Shown here: piece by piece, positions 1 to 10,600 of the stretch | How the letters are laid out: the number at the start of each line of letters is the position of its first letter | Position numbering within the stretch: position 1 is the first letter of the stretch | Source: a virus | Taxonomy: Duplodnaviria; Caudoviricetes | IMG/VR virus record: IMGVR_UViG_3300012940_000006 | Location: 1 to 49,337 of that record | Reading direction: 5' to 3' (one strand) | DNA: 49,337 bases | Made by a program: the position numbers and the translations under genes | The notes under the pieces: generated by a model | What the model saw: the letters and a program-made list of their open reading frames with translations, nothing else | What the model was told of the DNA's origin: nothing | The model's database searches: none

Positions 1-123
1 ACACAACATCGAGGTGAGTACAGACTTCTGGGACATGGTTCACGGGATCAACGGATGGGAAGGGTCGCAGCCCATCATCTTCGAGATGCCGTGGGATTGC
101 GTGCCTGGTCGCGATCAGGCCTG
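1..123. repeat. Terminal direct repeat, copy 1 (circular-assembly overlap)
   Basis: 1-123 is identical to 49215-49337, and the TerL frame is continuous across the join, giving a 49,214-bp circle. Confidence 0.97.
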
Positions 124-970
124 GCTGGAAGAGACGCGTCGGACGATGCGACATGACATGTTCCAGCGTGAGGTGATGATGAATCCGTGGGCAGGCCTGA
201 GTGGCTGGGTCTACCCGGAGGCGCGGAAGAAGACCCCGGCCGGCTTTACCTACCGAGATACGGAGGGGCTGGTCATTACGGGGCTTGATGATGGATATGA
301 CGACGAGTTCGCCATTGTCTGGACTCAGCGTGAGCGGAACTCGAATCGGCTCATTGTGCTGGACGGCTACTCGAACTCCCACCAGACTATTGCGTTTTAT
401 GGAAACCTCCTGAAGGGAGAGCTGCCAGGCAGGTACGAATACGACATGGAAGCGCGGCGTATTGCACGCTGGATCATGGAGTACCGCCTGTGGCGCGGCC
501 TGTTCGTCGGTGACCGGCATGGGGCGAATACGGAGATTACGTCCGGAACGTCTGCGTGGAGCAAGCTCTACAACGACTTCGGCATCACGGTTCTGCCGAA
601 CCCGCCGAGCATGAACACCTACAAGGACCGGCGCGATGCGCTCTCGCAGATCCTCCCCGACATCGAGTTTGCGGATACGCCTGGCGCACTGCGCGTGCTG
701 GAGGCGATCCAGAACAACAAGTTCCCGCAGCGCCGCAACAGCTCCCAGCCAGTGAATGAGGTGCAGCGTCCGGTTCACGACCAGACGAGCCACTTCACGA
801 CGGCCCTGGAGTATGTGGCGGCCTACATCGTGCATAGCACGGGAGGCGCATTGCAGCCGCGAGGTGAACCGAGCAGCGCCCGACGATCTTTTCTTGCCCC
901 GCGGCTTCCGGGTATGGCCGGCCGCCGCCGCGCTCCTGAACGAGTACAGAATCAATGGTTGACCGAGTAA
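2..970 (+). CDS. terL: Terminase large subunit, C-terminal part (RNase H-like nuclease domain)
   Basis: In-frame continuation of the ORF starting at 48421; motifs VITGLDDG, FVGD and HDQTSHFTTALEY; lies directly before the portal. Confidence 0.9.
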   Translation, partial: HNIEVSTDFWDMVHGINGWEGSQPIIFEMPWDCVPGRDQAWLEETRRTMRHDMFQREVMMNPWAGLSGWVYPEARKKTPAGFTYRDTEGLVITGLDDGYDDEFAIVWTQRERNSNRLIVLDGYSNSHQTIAFYGNLLKGELPGRYEYDMEARRIARWIMEYRLWRGLFVGDRHGANTEITSGTSAWSKLYNDFGITVLPNPPSMNTYKDRRDALSQILPDIEFADTPGALRVLEAIQNNKFPQRRNSSQPVNEVQRPVHDQTSHFTTALEYVAAYIVHSTGGALQPRGEPSSARRSFLAPRLPGMAGRRRAPERVQNQWLTE

Positions 971-3246
971 TTCCGCCTGAACAGCAGCCGACCCCGCCGC
1001 AGGGGGCGCCGCTCCCGCCGGCCGGGGGTATGGGTGTGCCGCCGCAGCCGGGGATGCCGCCGGGACAGATGGGCGGGATGCCTGATCCGATGGGGGTGCC
1101 CGACCCGGTGACGGGGGTTCCTGGTACTGGTGTACCAATGGGCCCACCCCCTCCCCCGCCCTCGCCTGAAGAACTGGTGATGGGGATGGTGGATGACCTG
1201 ATGCCGATCTACCCGAAGTGGATCAAGTTCGGTGCCAACGGGACACCCACAAACATCCGAAAGCCGAGCGTTGCTCAGTGCCAGTCGGCGATCACGAGTG
1301 ACGAGATGAAGTTCCAGCGTCTGGTGCAGCGGTTCCTTGACGACTTGCGGTTCTATCGCAAGGAGAACTCGACGATCTTCGACAGCCTGGACCCGACAGA
1401 CATTGAGCTCTTCACCAGCACCGAGGCGTCCATCCAGGTGGACAAGGTGGCGAACATGATCCATGCGATCGAGACGCAGGTGCAGTGGGCATGGAGCACG
1501 GAGGAAGAGGAGGAGTATGCCCAGATCATGGAAGACTGGGCCAAGTTCTTCGAGGAGACGATCAATCAGTACCACCGGTTCGGCGGCAATGCTGACCTGA
1601 AGTGGGATATGGCCTTCTCTCGCCTGGTGTACGGCCGGATCGTCAGTCGCGTTCTGCCGGATACGGCCGATCCCGACTTCCCGTGGGACTACCGACTCTA
1701 TGATCCGGCGACGGTCTTCCCGACGTTTGGCACCAAGCGCGGTCTGGTTCGTGTCAGCTGTGTCTATGAAGAGACGCTCGATCGGGTGCTCCAGACGTTC
1801 GATACCGACGATCGGAATCTCGACGCGGCTTTTCGCAAGCACTACGCCAAGCGGGAGATCGACGCGGACCTCAACCATATCGGCACGCTGAAGGAGTATT
1901 GGGACCCCTGGTATCGTTATGTTGAGTTTGATGGCGTGACGGTGCTGCCGGTGACGGCGCATGAACTGGGCTACGTTCCGTTCATCTACACGGTGGGAAC
2001 GGGTGAGCTGGGGAATGCGGGAACGCCGGACCGGAAGAAGGAGTACACGGCTCGGGAGATTCTGGCGGGGCACACCGGGTTTGGCGAACAGGCGGACATG
2101 GTGCACAAGGGGCTGAGCTTCTTCCATCACATGAAGCCGGTGATCAGGCAAGAGGAATCGGTGATGTCCCTCTCGATGACGAGCCTGAAGCAGAGTCTGG
2201 AGCCACCAGTCTGGATTGAATCGGCCTATGAGGGACCGGCGCAGGAGATCGACTTCCGGAGTGGTGCCTCGAACAAGGGGCGACCGGGCGAGCGGGTGAC
2301 GCCGCTTCTGGCGAACACGAAGTCCACGGATATGGGGCCGGTGCTGACGAACCTGCGCGAGCAGCGGGTGAAGGGCATGTTGCCGGACCAGGTGTTCGGT
2401 GCGAGCGAGGGCAGCAATGTTTCGGGATTCGCGGTTGAGAGTCTGATTGCCGCGGCGAAGGATCGGATTCAGCCGGTCATCACGGACATCGAGCTGCATC
2501 TTGCGGAGATCATCGACATGGCCGCGCGTCAGTACCGGGACGTTGGTCACCTGATCGTGGATGACATTGGTGGGGCCTACCCCATTCCGGTGCAGCGTCG
2601 TCACTACGAAGCGAGTGCGGCGACGAATCCGGGGGTGCAGTCGCCGCCGCTCGGGCAGCTTGCGCAGATGATGGGAGTGAGCTTCCCCGGATCGGAGATT
2701 CCGGCGGCCTTCGACATCGGGATGCGGGACGTGAACATTCCTGCGGAGCAAGAGAAGGCCCCCTCGCTGACGCGGGACATCATCCTCGCCATTGGATCGC
2801 GGCCGAAGGTTCGGCTGCACAGCATCGCACTTCAGAACATGACGGCGATGGTGAATGTGGCGAGCATGGCGGTGCGCGAGAAGATCTGGAGCCGAAGCCA
2901 CGCGATGGAAGAGATGAATGTGCCGAATCCGCAGCTGATGTGGAAGCAGATTCTCTCCGAGGATGCGCAGACGAACCCGAAGATGCTGGAGCTGGTGCTC
3001 TTCCCGCAGGCGTTGCTTCAGAGCGGAAACATTGACGCGTACATGGCCTATATCGCGACCGTCATCATCCCGCAGATGATGCAGGCGCAGATGGCGATGA
3101 TGGGTGGCCCTGGTGGGGGCATGGGCGCTCCTGGAGAGGGTGGCGGTGGTCCGGAGACCTTCCAGGGGGCGTCGCAGCCGATGGTGGATCAGGGGCCGGG
3201 CAGTCCGTCCGGTCCGGGTAATGGCGGCTTTGCCGGAATGATGTAA
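955..3246 (+). CDS. Portal protein (podovirus-type) with Pro/Gly/Met-rich termini
   Basis: 763 aa, directly after TerL; portal-like helical core (LVYGRIV, DPATVFP, LGYVPFIY); called from position and size. Confidence 0.72.
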   Translation: MVDRVIPPEQQPTPPQGAPLPPAGGMGVPPQPGMPPGQMGGMPDPMGVPDPVTGVPGTGVPMGPPPPPPSPEELVMGMVDDLMPIYPKWIKFGANGTPTNIRKPSVAQCQSAITSDEMKFQRLVQRFLDDLRFYRKENSTIFDSLDPTDIELFTSTEASIQVDKVANMIHAIETQVQWAWSTEEEEEYAQIMEDWAKFFEETINQYHRFGGNADLKWDMAFSRLVYGRIVSRVLPDTADPDFPWDYRLYDPATVFPTFGTKRGLVRVSCVYEETLDRVLQTFDTDDRNLDAAFRKHYAKREIDADLNHIGTLKEYWDPWYRYVEFDGVTVLPVTAHELGYVPFIYTVGTGELGNAGTPDRKKEYTAREILAGHTGFGEQADMVHKGLSFFHHMKPVIRQEESVMSLSMTSLKQSLEPPVWIESAYEGPAQEIDFRSGASNKGRPGERVTPLLANTKSTDMGPVLTNLREQRVKGMLPDQVFGASEGSNVSGFAVESLIAAAKDRIQPVITDIELHLAEIIDMAARQYRDVGHLIVDDIGGAYPIPVQRRHYEASAATNPGVQSPPLGQLAQMMGVSFPGSEIPAAFDIGMRDVNIPAEQEKAPSLTRDIILAIGSRPKVRLHSIALQNMTAMVNVASMAVREKIWSRSHAMEEMNVPNPQLMWKQILSEDAQTNPKMLELVLFPQALLQSGNIDAYMAYIATVIIPQMMQAQMAMMGGPGGGMGAPGEGGGGPETFQGASQPMVDQGPGSPSGPGNGGFAGMM

Positions 3247-3255
3247 GAGGATTGA

Positions 3256-4437
3256 ATGGCTGGTAGTGGACCGCTGAATGCGGCAGATACCCCGCTTGGG
3301 GAAAAGAACCCCGGATACCCGCAGCTCTACCGTCGCAAGGACGGGAGTGTCTATCTGCGCTATGACGACGGCCGTGTGCAGGAGGTGACGCCGGCGACGG
3401 ACATGAGCGCGCAGGGGAACATCAACAAGAACACGACCCCGCTACGGATCGGTGGAACTCCTGGTGGCTACGTGGTTCGTGACGAGAGTGGCAAGGTCTG
3501 GACTCGCGGACTGCCCGGAGGGAGTACCGCGTGGACGGTGGCGTCGTCCAGCATGGACCCGAATCCAGACGGTGGGGACATGGCCTCGGCGATGCAGCAG
3601 GCGCCAACTCCGACGATTCCTGCCCTTCCAGCTTCGACGCAACAGCGTCTTCAGACGGAGAAGAAGGCGAAGGATGCGGCGAGTGATCCGGCCTGGCAGC
3701 AGGACAGTTACGCTGCCTACACGGCGCCGCCGGGATCGAAGATCGGGGACGCGGCCGCGCTCGCCGAGCGATATGGCTTCGGGAATACGCCATCGGCGTC
3801 TGATCCGGGGAATACCGGCGATGGTGGTGGCGGTGGCGGTGGTGACACGACCGCGGGGGATGAGAGCTTCTCGGGGGGCAACCCGTGGGGTGTCTCCCAG
3901 AGCATGGCCGCGGAGATTCTGGCGAATCCAAACGCCCTGCTCCAGCTATGGGCTGACTCGAATGGCACGAATCGCTATAGCGGTCAGACTGCGGCGATGG
4001 CGAACGAGCTGGATTCGGCGCCGGTGCTCTCCATGCTCCTCGGGGGATCTGGCGACAGTCTCACGGCGTACAACGATCGCATGAACTGGACGAACCAGTT
4101 CATGAATGACATCTCGCGTCCAGGCGGGGCCTATATCACGCCGGGCGAGATCTCTGCCGCGATGATGAATCTGGATGAGTCCGATCCACGATATGCGGGC
4201 ATCTTTGGTGATCCGCAGAAGATTGCGACCGATCCGTCGGCGTGGATCAATGAATGGGCGACGGCGGTGGCGGCCTCGGTTCCGAATGATGTGCTGAATG
4301 GGTATGTCATCTGGCTTCAGGATCAGGCGGCGCAATATCAGATTGCGGTGGCGCAGGGAACCTACAACGGGACCTGGACCGACTGGCTGCGGGCGACGGG
4401 GGCCAGCCCTGATGTGGCCTTTGGGAGTTCTCGATAA
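3256..4437 (+). CDS. Putative internal virion/ejection protein (paralog of 4437-5243)
   Basis: 393 aa, RBS AGAGGA, Gly/Ser/Ala-rich, no Cys. Confidence 0.6.
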   Translation: MAGSGPLNAADTPLGEKNPGYPQLYRRKDGSVYLRYDDGRVQEVTPATDMSAQGNINKNTTPLRIGGTPGGYVVRDESGKVWTRGLPGGSTAWTVASSSMDPNPDGGDMASAMQQAPTPTIPALPASTQQRLQTEKKAKDAASDPAWQQDSYAAYTAPPGSKIGDAAALAERYGFGNTPSASDPGNTGDGGGGGGGDTTAGDESFSGGNPWGVSQSMAAEILANPNALLQLWADSNGTNRYSGQTAAMANELDSAPVLSMLLGGSGDSLTAYNDRMNWTNQFMNDISRPGGAYITPGEISAAMMNLDESDPRYAGIFGDPQKIATDPSAWINEWATAVAASVPNDVLNGYVIWLQDQAAQYQIAVAQGTYNGTWTDWLRATGASPDVAFGSSR

Positions 4438-5243
4438 TGGTTGATACGTATAGAGGGTCTCGCGGTGTGTCTCGCCGCGGGCAGAATACCTACAGTCCGA
4501 CCTACACGCCGAGCAGCAATGTCTTCTCGGGATACATGGACACGGTGCAGGGAGCGCAAGCGCCGCGAGCGTCGCGTACGGCAAGCCAGGCGCTGAGTCC
4601 GAATAGTGCCTACTCCGGGAATACCGGTCGTTCGGGTTGGCTCGATGGCTATGGAAATGACGCGAAGCAATCGAGTCTGCCGAAGGCGCAGAGCGACTTC
4701 GCGAACAACTTTTCGCAGGCGTATTATGACGAGCTCTACAAGGACCCGACGCAGATCACGCAGTCGTGGTTCAACCTGAATAACCTCGATCGCAACTCGG
4801 GTGGACTGGCGATCGCGAACCAGAACGCCGGCAACATGCCGCTGATGTGGATGGTTCAGAACGGAGCCGGAGCGAACGAGACGCGCGACTATCTCGAATG
4901 GGCGGACGATTACCTCGCGAACCAGTTCACACCGGGGGCGCAGGGCATCACGGCGTATGACGTCGCGAATGCGCTGTTCGACGACAACGAGACGAACCCG
5001 ATCTTCCAGCAGCTGCGTTCCTCGCAGTTCACGCCGGCGCAGCAGGTGGACGCGTTCACCTCGACGTTCGGTTCGGGGATGCAGGGGCGCCTCGCCTCGA
5101 CGGTGCTGGATTCGATGCTGGAGCGGCTGGAGGACTATGGCCGGAACTTCACGTCCTGGCGCGCGACGCACGCGGATGGAGGAAACAGCTTCATCGACTA
5201 CCTTCGCCAGCAGGGGTTCACGCCGGATCTGTTCCGTCGCTAA
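4437..5243 (+). CDS. Putative internal virion/ejection protein
   Basis: 268 aa, TAATG coupling, no Cys; C-terminal ~175 aa align by eye with the upstream gene. Confidence 0.6.
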   Translation: MVDTYRGSRGVSRRGQNTYSPTYTPSSNVFSGYMDTVQGAQAPRASRTASQALSPNSAYSGNTGRSGWLDGYGNDAKQSSLPKAQSDFANNFSQAYYDELYKDPTQITQSWFNLNNLDRNSGGLAIANQNAGNMPLMWMVQNGAGANETRDYLEWADDYLANQFTPGAQGITAYDVANALFDDNETNPIFQQLRSSQFTPAQQVDAFTSTFGSGMQGRLASTVLDSMLERLEDYGRNFTSWRATHADGGNSFIDYLRQQGFTPDLFRR

Positions 5244-5252
5244 GGAGGGCTG

Positions 5253-5678
5253 ATGGCTCGCGGGAATCCGTATAACAACATCCTGTCCCCGCAGCAGAGC
5301 TCGGGGGCGAGTGGGTTTGGCTACTACAACCCCTACTCGTCCTACGGGAGCTCGATGTATCAGCCGGGGCAGTACGCGACCACGCCGTTCGGTGATCAGT
5401 ATCTCGAAGACAATCACGAGTCGGCGTTCACGAGATGGCTGGCGCAGAACGGCTATGGCGATAACAGTCTGCGGTCCGAATACGCGCGGAACCAGTACAG
5501 CAAGGTCAATGAGGGCTATGGTGCCGCTCTCGCGACGAACCCCTTCCTGAAGTTCCAGGACTACCTGAATACTGTGGGGGGGACGATCGGCAATGACTGG
5601 AACCGTCTGACCGCGGAAGAGCGTGGTGAGACCTCGCGCATGTTTGCGCCGAGGGCTCGGTATGTGTCGAGGGTCTAA
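5253..5678 (+). CDS. Putative internal virion protein, Tyr/Gly/Ser/Asn-rich
   Basis: 141 aa, RBS AAGGAGG, no Cys. Confidence 0.6.
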   Translation: MARGNPYNNILSPQQSSGASGFGYYNPYSSYGSSMYQPGQYATTPFGDQYLEDNHESAFTRWLAQNGYGDNSLRSEYARNQYSKVNEGYGAALATNPFLKFQDYLNTVGGTIGNDWNRLTAEERGETSRMFAPRARYVSRV

Positions 5679-6100
5679 TGAACTTCCAGCAATTTCTTGC
5701 TTCTCAGGGGGCGAATCCGCAGCAGGCGCAGCCGGGCTATGGAGCGATGGCGATGCAGCTGATGCAGCAGCTGATGCAAATGCAGATGGCGCAGCAGAAT
5801 CAGGCCGGATCGGTCCAGGCCGCGCCGCGGCAGCCGCAGATGATGCAGCCAAATCCGGTGCTCCAACAGCAGCAGCAACTCCCGCCGCAGCAGCGCGCGC
5901 AGCTGTTCGGCGCGCCGGGAGTGCCATCCGGGGTGAATGGGCCAACCCCCTCCCCTTCTCCGCAGATGGGAACGCCGCCGGCGGCGCCGCAGGTGGGAAT
6001 GGCCCAGCCGCAAATGCCGCAGCAGGCGGGCCAGGCTGATCCGGAGTATCAGCGGGGCTACCAGCTCGGGATGCTCCTCCGGCAGATGGGTATCGGCTAA
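5678..6100 (+). CDS. Gln/Pro/Met-rich low-complexity virion-associated protein
   Basis: 140 aa, TAATG coupling at both ends. Confidence 0.6.
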   Translation: MNFQQFLASQGANPQQAQPGYGAMAMQLMQQLMQMQMAQQNQAGSVQAAPRQPQMMQPNPVLQQQQQLPPQQRAQLFGAPGVPSGVNGPTPSPSPQMGTPPAAPQVGMAQPQMPQQAGQADPEYQRGYQLGMLLRQMGIG

Positions 6101-7647
6101 TGCCTGCGCTCACCTCCACCGGAAAGAACACCGACTGGGTGAAGTCGGCCGTTGGCAGTATTGCCTCCGCGTTCGGCAAGTCCTCCACGATCGGCAGTGC
6201 GTCGGGGAACTTCGGTTCCCCGTCTCGGCTTTCTGCGTCCGGCCAGCAAGGCATCAGTGGCTGGACGGGAAACCGCCCGACAACGACGCAGCGCCGATCG
6301 AGTCCGGTTGGCTCCGCCTCGCAGATGACCTCGACCCAGAACACCTTTGCGGGGATGGGAGCGAGCGGGCGATTCGGCCGGACAGGGGCTCTTCGGCCAA
6401 CTTCGGCCGCATCCTCATTGTCGGCCTGGAATGGGACAGGAGCGAGTGGGCGATTCGGCACGTCGTTCGGCCAGAGCTCGCAGAATCGTTACGGCGGAAA
6501 CACCTGGAAGTCGATTCTTGGTGATGTGCGCAGTACGCTGCCCTACGCGGATCAGACGAGCACGACGGGCGGGACAAGCAGTACGGCCGGATACAGCGGC
6601 GGCGTCGGGAAGGTGGCGACGGGCGTGAACTTCGGTCAGTTTGATTCCGCGGCCGATGCCGACATTCAGCGGGCCGCAGAAGAGTACGGCGTGCCGGCGA
6701 ACTTCCTGAAGGCGATCGTGGCGAGGGAGAGCTCGGGGGACTGGGCGAGCAACAGCCATTGGGTCAGCTCGGTTCGTGGTGGTGAACGCATCTATGGGTA
6801 TGTCGGGGTCTTCGAGTCTGCGGCCGCGAGCTGGGGATTCGACTTCGATAGCCTGAACGGCGATCGCTTGGGCCAGCTGCGCATGCTCGCCTCGGGTCTT
6901 CGCGGAATGTACGACCGGTCGCCGAACCATGACTGGGCCGAGGTTGCTTCGATGCACTTCTCGGGCAAGTGGCAGCCGACGGGGTGGACCGATGAGCTGG
7001 GGAACAACGATGCGCAGTACATCAATCAGGTCATTGAGTGGTGGAAGGATCTGGACGCGCAGGCGGGAAACCAGTGGAACAACTACGGCGGTGGCAGTGG
7101 CGGAGTGACGGTGACGGGCAATGCCAGTCAGGTGATCTCGGTCGCGCAGTCGTATGTGGGGACCCCGTATGTCTGGGGCGGGATTCCTGGGAAGGGCGAG
7201 ACGCCGACCGGCTGGGATTGCTCGGGCTTCATGTACTGGCTGGACCAGAACTATGGCAATGGCCAGCTGGTGATGGGCAGCCACTACCAATACGACCAGA
7301 TGCAGCGTGAGGGACGCCTCTTCACGGACACAAGCCAGCTCCAACCAGGTGATCTCGTCTTCTTCGATACGGGGTGGTACGGCGGCGCTGGTGGAAATAT
7401 GAACCGTGCTGGCCATGTCGGGATGTATATCGGCAACGGCAAGTTCGTCCACGCGGCAAATGAGCAAGATGGCACCATCATTTCGGACCTTAGTGGATAT
7501 TACGGACAGACGTTTATTGGCGCCGCGCATATGTCGTGGTCTGGCGGTACGGCCGGATACGGCGGCGGCACGACGGGATACGGCAACTCCACGCAGACGA
7601 TTACGGCATCGAACGCCTGGTGGCTGACTCCCCCGAAGAACTACTAA
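6100..7647 (+). CDS. Virion-associated peptidoglycan hydrolase: SLT/lysozyme-like domain plus NlpC/P60 peptidase
   Basis: IQRAAEEYGVPANFLKAIVARESSG (SLT catalytic Glu); VGTPYVWGG...WDCSGF...GHVGMYIGNGKFVHA (NlpC/P60 Cys-His-His). Confidence 0.92.
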   Translation: MPALTSTGKNTDWVKSAVGSIASAFGKSSTIGSASGNFGSPSRLSASGQQGISGWTGNRPTTTQRRSSPVGSASQMTSTQNTFAGMGASGRFGRTGALRPTSAASSLSAWNGTGASGRFGTSFGQSSQNRYGGNTWKSILGDVRSTLPYADQTSTTGGTSSTAGYSGGVGKVATGVNFGQFDSAADADIQRAAEEYGVPANFLKAIVARESSGDWASNSHWVSSVRGGERIYGYVGVFESAAASWGFDFDSLNGDRLGQLRMLASGLRGMYDRSPNHDWAEVASMHFSGKWQPTGWTDELGNNDAQYINQVIEWWKDLDAQAGNQWNNYGGGSGGVTVTGNASQVISVAQSYVGTPYVWGGIPGKGETPTGWDCSGFMYWLDQNYGNGQLVMGSHYQYDQMQREGRLFTDTSQLQPGDLVFFDTGWYGGAGGNMNRAGHVGMYIGNGKFVHAANEQDGTIISDLSGYYGQTFIGAAHMSWSGGTAGYGGGTTGYGNSTQTITASNAWWLTPPKNY

Positions 7648-7656
7648 GAGGACATC

Positions 7657-10600
7657 TTGACTGATCGCTTCGCCCGCGGGGTTGCCGCTGGATATGCGAG
7701 CAACCGCTACGCGCACAATACCTACGACGCCCTTCCGGCCGCAGACTATGCGGCACTGAACCCGCAGAGTTCGGCTGCATCTGGCAGCACGTCCGATGGA
7801 TATGGTTATGTCGACCCGGTAACGGGAGCGCCCCTCCCCCCGAACCCTGACGCTCCAGCCTCGCAGTTCCCGCAGGACACGAGCGGTGATGGGGGCGGCG
7901 GATTCTGGAATGGTCTGCTTGATGGAGCCAGCAAGGTGGTCAGCACCGTCGGAGGTGCGATCAACGATGTGACGTTCGGGACCGCGGGCAAGGCGTTCGA
8001 CACCTTCAATTATGTCGTGTCTCTCCCCTACAACGGGTCGGTCGGCAGTGCTGGTGACGCGGCCTATCAGGAATATGTGCTGGGCCAGGGTGATGGCAGC
8101 ATCAACGATGTGGTGGATGACATCAATGGGGCCTTCCAGCAGGTGATGACTGGTGTGACCGGTCAGCTTCCTGGGTACATTCCGGGGGTGGATGCGCCGG
8201 GCCAGGCCTTCCTCGACTGGGCGAAGGCGAACCCTGACCTGGTGAAGCAGTACTACGAAGAGGGCTGGGATGCCGATGGTGACGGGCAGGTGGATTACAC
8301 CGGTGGCCGTGCCGTGTGGGAAGGCTTCGCCAATACGCAGAACATGTGGCAGCGCATTGGGCAGAACATCGCCGGAGATCCGCTGACGTGGGCTGTTCCC
8401 GTGGGGAATGGTGCGGCCAAGGGGGTGCGCGTGCTCGGCGAAGCGGCGGACATTCCGACGCTGGTTCGCCGTGCGGGAGCCGTGGAGAAGGCGATCCGGA
8501 TCTCGGATACGATCCAGGATGCGCCGATCGTGCTTCCGGTGAAGGGTGCGGCGCGTGTGGTACGCGGAACAGACCGACTTCTGGGAAGCCCGGTTGGACG
8601 GACGGCGGGGGCAATCCGGCAGAGCGGGCCGGTGCGTGGCCTGACCGATTTCGTCAATGATCTGCGGCGGCGTGATCCGGCGGCAGTTGCTCGCGGCCTA
8701 ACCGGCGAAGTTGGTATGGCCGAAGATCGCCTCAACTTGCAGAATGCCGAACTGGCTGGCCGCAATCCGCAGGCGTATGTCCGCGGTATTACGGCCAGTG
8801 GATCGAATGCGGCCGAGGCGACGGCACAGGAATTGACGCAGCGGGGTCTGGCGGATGTTGAGACTCGGCCGGCGATCGACCTCCCGACACGGCAGGATGC
8901 CCTGGATTACGCGGATGCGTTGGCGGAGTCGCCGGATTGGGATGCTTTCGATGCGGGGGTGGAAACCCTGCGGCAACGTGGCTGGACTGATGTGGCCGAA
9001 TTGCTTGAGGATCAGCGCGCAGTGCTGGTTGATGCCGAGGTCGTGCAGCCACGTATGACGAGGGGTATGCCAGCGACGTCTGCCTATGACGATCGTGAAG
9101 ACCTGGGCAGGATCTTCGATGACGAAGAGCCAGAGGCGATGGCGATCCCTGAGGGGGCCGATTCCGAGGCCGTGACCGTCAATGGTTCGAGAGGGCAAGC
9201 GGAGCCGGCCGCCTCGACTTCTGTGAGGCCGAATGCGGCCGAACCGGAGCCGGTTGTCCTTGGACCGGGGGCGCCGGATGAGGAGACGATGCAGCGCCTG
9301 GGGCACTACGCGCCGGCGCGGACGCGCACGGGAACCTATGTCGATGACCTGCGGGTGAATCAGATTCTGCCGGTGCTGGACCAGTCGCCCTCGAAGGCGA
9401 AGCGGTTCTGGTCGTACTACGAGTCGGAGCTCGACCCCATTCGCAAGCGCGAGGCAGCGGCGGGGGGACGTAGCACGATTGGGGACGTGGCTCGGGGTGC
9501 GGTGGCAATGGAGCGCGCCTGGGTGCGGGTCGGACTTGATCCGGCCGATATGCCGGCGTGGCATCTGCGTCCGATCAATCCGAACATCACGGACCGGACG
9601 TACCTGGCGCGACGCTATGCCGAGGTGGTGGCGATGGCGCCGGATACGGAGACGGCGCGGAATGCCTATCGCTGGCTCGATGCGAATGGGCTGGGTCAGC
9701 TGGGCGAGGAGATGGCCGCACTTCGCCGCGAGCGGCAGGATCTGGGCACGGCGATTGACACGCCTCGGATTGTGCGGCCGGATGCGGCCACGGCGGCACG
9801 CACGGCCATACCCGACCAGAAGACGCCTGATGTTGCCGTACGAGACAACGCCAATGTGGCCGAACCTGGTCCGGCCCCGTCCTCGCAGCAGCTCAATGCC
9901 GAGATCAACGCACAGGCAACGCCGGGTGCGACAACACGGTCGTGGGAGGAGATTGCCGACAGCCTCCTGGATAGCCGCACGGATGAACTGGCATTGCCGG
10001 AACCCGACCCCTCGGCTCGGCCGGATCTGGCCGAAGATGTCGAGGAGCAACTCAATGCGCAGTATGACCGTCAGCGGGAGGATCTGCGGTCGTCGGAGCA
10101 GCGTCCGTCGTCGGAGGAACAGGAACGTCGCATTCAGGCCCTGGGAGGGCTTGGGCTGACGCACGCGACCGGAAACCCGTCCGGCGTTGAAACTCGCGCT
10201 GTAGGTGCCACAGAGGCCCTCACGGAACGGGTCTCGGCGATGGCGCCGGAGCTGCGTGTCTTCCACGAGATGTTCGTGAAGGACATGACGGATCTGCTCA
10301 CGGCGAAGACGCAAGCGAAGAAGCAGCGGCTGTCCGTGAAGATCCTTGGGCAGGTCGAGACGGCGAACGGCCGACGCTACCTCAGAGAGTTGCTGGGGGG
10401 TGAGGGGGAGGCGGCGCCGGCCGACCTTGTTGCCGAGTTCTACAACAGGTACATGACGGGAAGGACCGCCGCGCGCGCGGTGGTGGACACGATGACGCGG
10501 GACCAGCCGGCGCCGAGGATAGCGCTGCCGACGGAGAACCCGCCAGACCCGTGGGAGTCGGCGGGCTGGGGCGATGATCTCACGATCACGGAGTATGCCG

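Noticed and set aside
1-123. End repeat as a biological terminal repeat
   Set aside because: It falls in the middle of terL and is best explained as assembler overlap of a circular or permuted genome
8269-8286. DADGD in the giant protein as a multisubunit RNAP catalytic motif
   Set aside because: The context WDADGDGQVDY is an EF-hand-like loop in the Gly-rich N-terminus, without NADFDGD surroundings
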